Shown: in pieces, positions 1-7,337 of the stretch | Numbering within the stretch: position 1 is the stretch's first letter | Layout of the letters: each line of letters starts with the position of its first letter | NCBI GenBank assembly: GCA_964450845.1 | Contig: CAYVGZ010000009.1 | Coordinates: 1-22,931 of the forward strand | Source: an uncultured Candidatus Bathyarchaeia archaeon | GTDB lineage: Archaea > Thermoproteota > Bathyarchaeia > Bathyarchaeales > Bathycorpusculaceae | Length of the DNA stretch: 22,931 nucleotides | Reading direction: 5' to 3' | The notes under the pieces: model-generated | What the model saw: the letters and a program-made list of their open reading frames with translations, nothing else | Databases searched by the model: none | Told to the model about the DNA's origin: nothing | Made by a program: the position numbers and the translations under genes

Positions 1-29
1 ACAATTGTTAGAGCATATGCTTAATAATC

Positions 30-42
30 TTGAATTTTTCAA
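30..42. promoter_or_regulatory. Inverted repeat TTGAA-N3-TTCAA next to the TATA-like TTAATAAT (21-28) of the copA promoter
   Basis: Read directly from the sequence; operator function is inferred. Confidence 0.35.
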
Positions 43-64
43 TTAACGGTTGAGGTGGAGATTT

Positions 65-2149
65 GTGGCAAAGGATCCCATATGTGGAATGTACGTTGAC
101 GAGAGGACTGCTCAATACAGAGTCACTGTTAGGGGTACTACATACTACTTTTGCAGTCAGACTTGTATGAAAGAGTTTATGGCGCCTGAAGTAGAAATCA
201 GAAGGCTAAAAATGTCCGTGATTCTGGGAGTAATAGTTAGCGTTCCCATAGTTTTTTTGACTTATGTAAGCCTTTTCCCAATGGATGTTAACAATTATAT
301 TCTTCTGATCCTAGATACGCCCATTCAATTTGTTTTTGGATGGCGATTTTACAGAGGTACATATGATGCTATTCGGAACAGGATGGGAAATATGGACACC
401 TTAATAGCTTTAGGTACAAGTGCAGCTTGGGCGTACAGCACTGTTGTTACATTTTTTCCGTCATTCTTTCCTTTCAGCGGAGTATACTTTGACACAGCTG
501 CAGTCATAATTACCCTAGTGCTTACTGGCAGATTTCTTGAACACTTAAGCAAGGGCAGAGCTTCTGAAGCTGTAAGAAAACTCATGGATCTTCAACCCAG
601 ACTTGCACATGTGATAAGGGGTGAAAAAGAAATCGAAATACCTGTCGAACAGATAGAGGTGGGCGACATGTTCGTAGTGCGTCCTGGAGAGAAGGTTTCG
701 GTCGATGGCATGGTTGTCGAGGGACACTCTTCAGTGGATCAATCTATGATTACGGGAGAAAGCATTCCCGTCGAGAAGAACCCAAATGATGAGGTTATAG
801 GCGGCACGATAAACAAAACTGGCATGCTTAAGGCTAGAGCTACAAAAGTAGGGCAAGACACTACATTAGCACAGATAGTGAAACTCGTCGAAGAGGCTCA
901 GATTGGGAGAGCACCAATACAAAGGCTTGCAGACCGCGTAGCAACATACTTTGTTCCAGCAGTGATCATTATTGCCCTAAGCTCAGCCTTGGCTTGGTAT
1001 TTCATTGGAAACATCGGACTACAATTCTCACTCCTCGCATTCGTGTCAGTAACGGTAATAGCTTGTCCATGTGCCCTTGGAATAGCCACTCCTGCAGCCC
1101 TATTGGTGGGTACGAGTAAAGGTGCCCAAAATGGTATCTTGATTAAAGGTGGGGATCATTTGGAAATCGCCCACAAGACAACAACCGTTGTTTTCGATAA
1201 GACTGGGACACTAACTGTGGGTGAGCCTTCAGTTACTGATGTGATACCGTACAGCAAGCATACTGCTGATACCGTTCTCATGTTTGCAGCGTCAGTTGAA
1301 AAAGGCTCTGAACACCCATTGGCTGAAGCAATTGAAAAGGAAGCCGCCTCACGTTCTCTCGAATTGGTGAACCCGTCTGAATTTGAAGCGATTCCTGGTA
1401 AAGGTGTGAAAGCGGTGGTTCAAGGTAAAGAAATCCTTCTTGGCAACAGAAAGCTAATGGCTGAAATTGGGGTGAACCTTTCTAAAATTGAAGAAAAGAC
1501 GAAAGAACTTGAGGAAGATGGCAAAACGGTCATGTTCGCAGTGGTCGATGGAAAACTTGCTGGTGTGATTGGTGCAGCCGACACCCTGAAAGAATACGCT
1601 GCAAATGCAGTGGCGGAGTTAAAGAAGATGGGCATCGAGGTCATAATGCTTACTGGCGACAATGAGACCACCGCCAAGGCGATCGCAAAAAAGCTTGGTA
1701 TAGAAAAAATCTTTGCAGAGGTCTTACCTCAGCAGAAAGAAGCTCTCATAGAACGCCTCCGAAATGAGGGAAAAATTGTAGCAATGGTTGGGGATGGGAT
1801 TAATGATGCTCCTGCCTTGGCCAAGGCTGATGTGGGAATCGCTATAGGTAGCGGAACCGACGTTGCTAAGGAAACGGGTGGAATCGTGCTTGTCAAAGAG
1901 GACTTAAGGGACGTTGTTACTGCTATAAAACTTAGCAGAAGCACTGTTAGAAAAATCAAGCAAAACCTCTTTTGGGCTTTTGCTTACAATGCGGCTCTTA
2001 TTCCCATCGCAGCCGGAGCGTTAGTTCCGTTCTTTGGGGCGCAGGTATACGAAGTGCTTCCATTCCTAGCAGCAGGGGCAATGGCTTTCAGTTCAGTAAC
2101 AGTGGTGAGTAATTCACTATTGCTTGAAAGGTTTAAACCCTCCTCTTGA
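65..2149 (+). CDS. copA: Cu(I)-translocating P1B-1 ATPase with N-terminal YHS/TRASH domain
   Basis: Motifs: [12 protein letters not shown] (CPC), [20 protein letters not shown] and MxxSS of Cu(I) pumps. The N-terminus KDPICGM...YYFCSQTC is a YHS domain. Start moved from TTG50 to GTG65 because GAGGTG (52-57) is an SD 7 nt upstream. Confidence 0.95.
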   Translation: MAKDPICGMYVDERTAQYRVTVRGTTYYFCSQTCMKEFMAPEVEIRRLKMSVILGVIVSVPIVFLTYVSLFPMDVNNYILLILDTPIQFVFGWRFYRGTYDAIRNRMGNMDTLIALGTSAAWAYSTVVTFFPSFFPFSGVYFDTAAVIITLVLTGRFLEHLSKGRASEAVRKLMDLQPRLAHVIRGEKEIEIPVEQIEVGDMFVVRPGEKVSVDGMVVEGHSSVDQSMITGESIPVEKNPNDEVIGGTINKTGMLKARATKVGQDTTLAQIVKLVEEAQIGRAPIQRLADRVATYFVPAVIIIALSSALAWYFIGNIGLQFSLLAFVSVTVIACPCALGIATPAALLVGTSKGAQNGILIKGGDHLEIAHKTTTVVFDKTGTLTVGEPSVTDVIPYSKHTADTVLMFAASVEKGSEHPLAEAIEKEAASRSLELVNPSEFEAIPGKGVKAVVQGKEILLGNRKLMAEIGVNLSKIEEKTKELEEDGKTVMFAVVDGKLAGVIGAADTLKEYAANAVAELKKMGIEVIMLTGDNETTAKAIAKKLGIEKIFAEVLPQQKEALIERLRNEGKIVAMVGDGINDAPALAKADVGIAIGSGTDVAKETGGIVLVKEDLRDVVTAIKLSRSTVRKIKQNLFWAFAYNAALIPIAAGALVPFFGAQVYEVLPFLAAGAMAFSSVTVVSNSLLLERFKPSS

Positions 2150-2164
2150 AAAATAGGCGATAAT

Positions 2165-2473
2165 ATGAGCGCTAGCAAAAAAGAGAACGAGCATGTATCT
2201 GACGAAAAGAAAGCGGAAGGCGAGAAAAGGGCTGAGAAATCTCGCCTGGTCGTCTCGGTGACTGGAATGGACTGTGCCACATGTGCCTTCGCAATTGAGA
2301 AGCAGGTTAAGAAAATGAAAGGGATAGATGATGTCAAGGCTGCAATAATGCTGAACAAGATCTTTATAGACTATAATCCTAAGCTCGTTGACTCAGCTAC
2401 GATCAGAAAAGCAATAGACAAAACTGGCTATAAGAGCTATATGACCATAGAGGAAAACCGCTCCCACAATTAA
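2165..2473 (+). CDS. copZ: Stand-alone heavy-metal-associated (HMA) domain protein, CopZ-like copper chaperone
   Basis: VTGMDCATC metal-binding motif in an HMA fold with a charged N-terminal extension; begins 15 nt after the copA stop. Confidence 0.85.
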   Translation: MSASKKENEHVSDEKKAEGEKRAEKSRLVVSVTGMDCATCAFAIEKQVKKMKGIDDVKAAIMLNKIFIDYNPKLVDSATIRKAIDKTGYKSYMTIEENRSHN

Positions 2474-2557
2474 ATTTCTCAAAATGCCCGCGCGCTTAAG
2501 CGAAAGACTAGTAATCGCAGATAAGAAAAGAGAATAGACATTGTCAATGTGCACGTT

Positions 2558-2704
2558 CTATTTACTGGCAAACTTCGATGGGTCTTTGTCGAATTTTGTC
2601 TTGCAGTATTGGCTGCAGAAATAGTAAGTCTTGCCTTTGTAATCTGATTTAAACTTTGCAGTTTTCTCGTCCACCGCCATACCACAGATCGGGTCCTTTT
2701 CCAT
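2558..2704 (-). CDS. Stand-alone YHS/TRASH-domain metallochaperone, 48 aa (not in ORF track)
   Basis: Manual translation MEKDPICGMAVDEKTAKFKSDYKGKTYYFCSQYCKTKFDKDPSKFASK*. Perfect SD GGAGGTGA (2713-2720, minus). 23 of 38 residues identical to the copA N-terminal YHS domain. Confidence 0.92.
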   Translation of the reverse strand: MEKDPICGMAVDEKTAKFKSDYKGKTYYFCSQYCKTKFDKDPSKFASK

Positions 2705-2820
2705 ACTTCCCTTCACCTCCTTCATCTCAAGTGAATGTTGCTCAAGAAAAATAACTGAGAATGAAGATCATGGTTGTTTGGCAATTCACTATGATTCAAC
2801 TGGCGCTGATTAATGCAGTT

Positions 2821-3315
2821 TTATCCCCCTGGAGCACCGTGGAATGGCACATTCTTCCAAAGGAGGTCCCACCAGTCAGCTTCTGTTATGGTTTCTCCTC
2901 GAACAAGAATTTCCAGCACCATTTTTAAGAGTTCATGATGTCTTTTCTCATCCGCTAAGATAGCGTTTAGAAGAAGCCTAACCTTTGCATTTTCGACTGT
3001 GGGCAGTACCTTCTTGATCTTTTTGATGAGCTCCTCTTCCATGCGTATGTGTTTTTCCACAAGTGCCCTTTGCTTGTCGAGATGTTCCTGTGAAAGGGCT
3101 TGAGAGACGCTTGTTAACAGTTCAGTGGCTGCAGCATACATTTCTGCATGCTTTACAGAATCTAGGGATATGCCCTTCAAAACTCCCCTTACAGGTGGAT
3201 TTTTCACATCAACCAAAGCGTTGTTTAGCGAGTCTACAATCTCGTTTTCAACCTTAATCTGCGCCTTCATGAAATTTATCAATTCGTCTTTTGGCTTCAA
3301 AATATTCGCCTTCAT
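2821..3315 (-). CDS. Ferritin-like (rubrerythrin/di-iron four-helix bundle) protein
   Basis: Two helix pairs with E...DSxKH and E...DEKRH carboxylate/His patterns; C-terminal WWDLLWKNVPFHGAPGG. Confidence 0.75.
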   Translation of the reverse strand: MKANILKPKDELINFMKAQIKVENEIVDSLNNALVDVKNPPVRGVLKGISLDSVKHAEMYAAATELLTSVSQALSQEHLDKQRALVEKHIRMEEELIKKIKKVLPTVENAKVRLLLNAILADEKRHHELLKMVLEILVRGETITEADWWDLLWKNVPFHGAPGG

Positions 3316-3328
3316 CCCTTAAAACATG

Positions 3329-3772
3329 TCAAGTTATATGCATAAGTCTTTCGGCAATTTCCTTTCCAAATTCCTTGCACTTTTCTAGTCCAGTTTGATC
3401 TGGCGTGTATCTGATTAGAAGTGGGGGTTCGATTACTTGCATTTCAAATTTGTTTTTTATGATTTCAAGAGCCAGTTTTGGTGCTTCACCGCTCCATCCA
3501 TAAGAACCAAAGGATGCTCCGATTTTACCTTTCAAGTTGACGTTTCTTACCGCTGCCTCTTCGAAAAGCATCTTTATGTCGACGGTCATATCGTGGTGAT
3601 AGGTGGGAACTCCAACTATTATGGAATCGAAGTTGTTTAGCGTTTCTGGTGCTACATAATAATTCAGTTCTGCTTCCATTTTTGGAACTGTCCTTGCTCC
3701 TTCTGCTACGGCTTTAGCCATTTTTTCAGTGTTTCCGGTTCGGCTGTAATAGAGGATAAGAATTTTAGCCAT
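3329..3772 (-). CDS. Flavodoxin (FprA-type flavodoxin domain)
   Basis: FMN phosphate loop YYSRTGNTEKMA, plus GVPTY and FGSYGWSGEA motifs. Confidence 0.9.
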   Translation of the reverse strand: MAKILILYYSRTGNTEKMAKAVAEGARTVPKMEAELNYYVAPETLNNFDSIIVGVPTYHHDMTVDIKMLFEEAAVRNVNLKGKIGASFGSYGWSGEAPKLALEIIKNKFEMQVIEPPLLIRYTPDQTGLEKCKEFGKEIAERLMHIT

Positions 3773-3829
3773 AGGGCATCATCACATTAGTTCCTTAGTG
3801 CAAGTAAAGAATATGAAACTTCTCCTTAC

Positions 3830-3901
3830 AGCCCGTGATGGGAGTTGATCCCCTAACATGTTGAGGCTAACGCTTTTCTTCTTTCTTCGGCTCGCATGGG
3901 T
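3830..3901 (-). pseudogene. Degenerate tRNA-like relic or att-like direct repeat of the tRNA-Cys 3' end
   Basis: 3837-3852 matches tRNA-Cys 6166-6181 at 15/16 nt in the same orientation (19/23 out to the discriminator). A 72-nt span has 5/7 acceptor and 4/5 T-stem pairs, but no D arm or anticodon arm forms. Confidence 0.45.
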
Positions 3902-4026
3902 TGTTGACTCCTTTGTTTTTTGAATAAAAAAGATTTTTGCAACATATTTTAGCCAAGAATCCAAAATCAAGAGTTGGCATTCATAATAGATATGCTCAAG
4001 CGAGGACATAAAAAGGAATAAGCCTA

Positions 4027-5673
4027 GTGATAAATTTGAAGAACGCCCTTGCTAAAACAAAATCGCTACTAGCTTTAGCATTGCTTGTGCTCGTAGTTTT
4101 CATGGGGAGTCTAGAATTGAAAGTCAAGGCATATACCTTTTTTCAGGAGTACCAAGAGTACGTTCACAACTACTTGAATTTTGGAGATTTAGGAAATTGG
4201 ACGTATGTGGAGAAACCTATGTTTCCAGTGTTATTCAATACCTCTCAGATACAGATAGGTCAAAACTGGAGCGTAATATGTCCACTCAGAATGAATCGTA
4301 GTTACCATATTTATTGTTATGGCGAATGGGTAAACAACGGGTCAGACCCCAAAACGGATTATGACATTTATGTTTACAATCCCTTGGGCGAAATGGAAGG
4401 CTATCACACTGAATCTGCTGGGCTACCTGAGCACTTGGGAACAACTGTAGATGAAGCTTTCTTTGTGCCGAAATATTCGGGAAACTATACTTTCGTCATA
4501 AACAACGACCCTAAAGAAAGCAACGGTGCTGAACAGGCGACATTTATGGTAATTGAAAATGTTGAATGCAATGTTTGGCATGAGCACTATGTGAAAGGAA
4601 AGGACAATGATAGTTTGCCTGTTTTGAACACGAGTTGGGCTTACGAATTCTTGACTGAAAGCAAGCATATAGAAGTGTGGGTTAAGGTTCCAGAATCATT
4701 AGACATGTACGAAGCTAGGGTTTATTTAATGGTTGATTCTAAGTCAAAAGAGCGAACTGTTTTGAACGGGGTTCCATTGGCTTGGGAGCCTGGACTTTAC
4801 GCCGAGAGAGACAAAAGCTATGGCGGCTATAACCTGGAAAGCAAGGAATATCGGGGCGTAGCCTTTTCAAGCTGCGAATTCCCTGGGCAAGACATGTTCT
4901 TGAACTACACTTCTCCAAATAGTGGAAAAAGCCTTTATCATCTAGTTATTATAGGCGAAGTCGGCTCGGGAACAATAGAATTCCTAGTAAAAACGGAATT
5001 TGATAATACATATCTGAAACCTTTGACTGTTCCTGAGAGAGTGCATGCAGATAATGACACCCTTGTTGCTTATGTCTCAAATTCGACGGACTTGGAAGGC
5101 GCAACCTTGGAATATTCAACTAATGGCTGGATAAACTCGACTGTAATCGAAATGGAGATTTTAGACAATAGAATCTGCACAGCAACAATTCCAAGGCAAC
5201 CTGCCGGCACAATTGTCAACTATAGGGTCGAAGCAAATGACACTCTGAAAAATGTTCTTGTTGCCAACAAAACTTATCCAGTTAAGAACGAACTAATGCT
5301 CAATCTGACTCTGGCTCAAGAGGTCGTCACTCTAGGCGAAAACGTAACCGTCTTGGGCAACGCGACAACAGTGAATAGAACAGTTCCTATAACAATCTAT
5401 TTTAGCTCAACAAACGGCACCAAGCAAATAGTCTGCTACACGAACGCAAATGGCACTTTCAGTGCAAGCTTTAAGCCTGAAGTCCTTGGAATGTGGGAAG
5501 TACAAGCAAGGTTCGATGGAGATGTTTTTTTGTATGAAAATGTGAGCCAATGGGTTTCAGTTGAAGTTAGGGAGCCATCCATATTGGTGAAGTATTCGCT
5601 CTATATAGGTGGAGGAATAGGTGCAGCAATCGTAGTGATTGCTATTGTTTTCTGGAGAAGATCAAAAGAATAA
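4027..5673 (+). CDS. Secreted, C-terminally membrane-anchored surface glycoprotein of unknown function (beta-rich/Ig-like domains)
   Basis: GTG start, signal-peptide-like N-terminus, C-terminal TM helix plus WRRSKE basic tail, about 20 N-x-S/T sequons counted by eye. Confidence 0.8.
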   Translation: MINLKNALAKTKSLLALALLVLVVFMGSLELKVKAYTFFQEYQEYVHNYLNFGDLGNWTYVEKPMFPVLFNTSQIQIGQNWSVICPLRMNRSYHIYCYGEWVNNGSDPKTDYDIYVYNPLGEMEGYHTESAGLPEHLGTTVDEAFFVPKYSGNYTFVINNDPKESNGAEQATFMVIENVECNVWHEHYVKGKDNDSLPVLNTSWAYEFLTESKHIEVWVKVPESLDMYEARVYLMVDSKSKERTVLNGVPLAWEPGLYAERDKSYGGYNLESKEYRGVAFSSCEFPGQDMFLNYTSPNSGKSLYHLVIIGEVGSGTIEFLVKTEFDNTYLKPLTVPERVHADNDTLVAYVSNSTDLEGATLEYSTNGWINSTVIEMEILDNRICTATIPRQPAGTIVNYRVEANDTLKNVLVANKTYPVKNELMLNLTLAQEVVTLGENVTVLGNATTVNRTVPITIYFSSTNGTKQIVCYTNANGTFSASFKPEVLGMWEVQARFDGDVFLYENVSQWVSVEVREPSILVKYSLYIGGGIGAAIVVIAIVFWRRSKE

Positions 5674-5928
5674 CGGTTCTCTTTGTTTGTATGCGTGCAA
5701 CAGCGTATAGCCCCTCTATTTATAGGCAAATATGGTCCTGTTAGGAAAACTCTAACATCTATGGGACTCATTAAGACGACTTACTGCGGATACTAAACAG
5801 GATATTTTGTCATTAGAGAACCTTGGAAAATCTAAGAACATAAAACTTATAGCTGAACCTAAAGAACTAATAAGAATTGTCAAAGGTGAAAAGACATAGA
5901 GAAGTTAGATAAGAAAGTAGAATATGTT

Positions 5929-6078
5929 ATGGGAAGCAAAACTGACAGATGGCATTGGTGTAAGAATTGCACACAATACCCCATGTATGTCTACCAAAGA
6001 CGCACTGGTTCTAGACCTCGTTCTAACCTCTGTAAACAATGCAAAGCAAAAGAAGACAACAAAGATTGCACAGCATAA
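5929..6078 (+). CDS. Cys-rich microprotein (WHWCxxC...CxxC...C), putative zinc finger, 49 aa (not in ORF track)
   Basis: Manual translation MGSKTDRWHWCKNCTQYPMYVYQRRTGSRPRSNLCKQCKAKEDNKDCTA*. Two CxxC pairs plus His and a terminal Cys. The frame stays open upstream to 5890. Confidence 0.72.
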   Translation: MGSKTDRWHWCKNCTQYPMYVYQRRTGSRPRSNLCKQCKAKEDNKDCTA

Positions 6079-6155
6079 AGACCTAACCTGGAGAATATTC
6101 ATTTAGACAGATTTTAAATTTGCATAAAAATCAGAACAAACTAGGGGTTCAATAT

Positions 6156-6231
6156 TGGAGCTGGGGATGGGAGTTGAACCCACATATAGCGGCTCTGCAG
6201 GCCGCCGCCTGAACCGTTCGGCCACCCCAGC
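6156..6231 (-). tRNA. trnC: tRNA-Cys (GCA), intronless, CCA encoded
   Basis: GCTGGGG/CCCCAGC acceptor, GCC/GGC D stem, GCGGC-CT[GCA]GA-GCCGC anticodon arm, GTGGG-TTCAACT-CCCAT T arm, U73 discriminator typical of Cys, then CCA. Confidence 0.97.
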
Positions 6232-6255
6232 ATCATAAAACTCTAACTCAAGACC

Positions 6256-6261
6256 TATAAA
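6256..6261 (-). promoter_or_regulatory. TATA box of tRNA-Cys
   Basis: TTTATA about 25 nt upstream of the tRNA 5' end. Confidence 0.6.
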
Positions 6262-6268
6262 TGTTTGT

Positions 6269-7309
6269 TCAGTCCATTCCAATCTTCTTGATGACTTCTC
6301 TGTAAACGTTCAAAGCTAATTTTTCATCGTCAACATTTTTTATTAGCATGCGTCCACCGTTGAAGAGGCTGACTTCAAAATTTTCATAATCAAAAATAAT
6401 TGCCAGCTGGGACTTTATGCGAACCTTAAAATGTCGTCTAACAGATTCGTAAACTTCGTTAAGATTCAATTTTAATGATTTTTCAGGGTTTACGTTAACA
6501 GTGTTTCGTCCGCACAGCCAAACAAGTTTTTCTTCCGTTTTTGGAAAAGCTATAGTGCCTTGGCATACTGGACAGTTTTCTCTTTTAAAAATGTCTATTG
6601 TGGTGAAGTACATGTCGCTGAAATCGCAAATCATTAGTTTGCCCTTCAAAGCAGAGCCTATTCCTGTCAAAACTTTTATGGTTTCCATAGCTTGCAAGGT
6701 TCCAATGATTCCGGGAGTAACTCCAAGCACACCTCGAACATCGCACGTTAACACATCACTGTCTTCGATGTTTGGAAGAACGCATTCTAGACACGGCGTC
6801 TCTGGTGGAGCAAAAACAGAAAGATTCCCCTCAATTCCTATGGCTGCCCCAAAAACATAGGGAATTCCAAGCTTTGCGCACGCGCGGTTAACCAAATAGC
6901 GGGTACGCATATTGTCCAAGCCATCAACAACACAATCCATTTTAGAAAGAAGTTGTTCAACATTTTTTGCGTTTAGGTTTTCAGGGATAGGCTCAACTTT
7001 CACTAGAGGATTGATTTTTTCAAGTCTCTTCGCCGAAACTTCAACCTTCGGATAATGCAAATCATCAGGGGTATACAGAACCTGCCTATGTAGATTATGC
7101 AATTCTATAGTATCTTGGTCTATCAAACGTAAGCATCCGACTCCAGAAAGAGCTAAATAAAGTGATGAAACCGTACCTAATCCACCAAGTCCGACAACAG
7201 CAACCCTTGACTTTGCAAGTTTTCTCTGCCCTTTCCTGCCGAGTTCTCTTAAAATCATTTGGCGACTATAAAATTCGTCATACATTGATTTTTTCTGTTT
7301 CTCAGGCAT
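6269..7309 (-). CDS. ThiF/MoeB/HesA family E1-like adenylyltransferase with C-terminal extension
   Basis: VVGLGGLG, D..ELHNLHRQ, DN...RY, Zn-binding CLEC and CPVC, catalytic-position Cys (TCDVRGV) and a C-terminal LCGRNTV domain. ATG7309 chosen because the SD GAGGAG lies upstream of it. Confidence 0.9.
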   Translation of the reverse strand: MPEKQKKSMYDEFYSRQMILRELGRKGQRKLAKSRVAVVGLGGLGTVSSLYLALSGVGCLRLIDQDTIELHNLHRQVLYTPDDLHYPKVEVSAKRLEKINPLVKVEPIPENLNAKNVEQLLSKMDCVVDGLDNMRTRYLVNRACAKLGIPYVFGAAIGIEGNLSVFAPPETPCLECVLPNIEDSDVLTCDVRGVLGVTPGIIGTLQAMETIKVLTGIGSALKGKLMICDFSDMYFTTIDIFKRENCPVCQGTIAFPKTEEKLVWLCGRNTVNVNPEKSLKLNLNEVYESVRRHFKVRIKSQLAIIFDYENFEVSLFNGGRMLIKNVDDEKLALNVYREVIKKIGMD

Positions 7310-7337
7310 TTCGCACGGTCTCCTCATTTAAATTTGC

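Noticed and set aside
50-64. TTG start and MRWRF extension of copA in the ORF track
   Set aside because: The extension contains the SD for GTG65, and the YHS paralogue starts at the equivalent position.
2493-2550. Palindromes CGCTTAAGCG (2493-2502) and ACATTG-T-CAATGT (2538-2550)
   Set aside because: They are short and lie between convergent 3' ends, so they are not in an operator position. At most they are terminator-related.
2479-2685. 68-aa minus-strand ORF from the track
   Set aside because: It overlaps, in another frame, the clear YHS gene with a perfect SD.
3782-4009. 75-aa minus-strand ORF
   Set aside because: No motif, no SD, and it spans a divergent promoter region and the tRNA-like relic.
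5905-6106. Track ORFs 5905-6102 (-) and 5924-6106 (+)
   Set aside because: Both are shadows of the Cys-rich frame at 5929-6078, which has a coherent motif.
6156-6158. Genomically encoded CCA on tRNA-Cys
   Set aside because: This occurs in a fraction of archaeal tRNA genes and is not notable alone.
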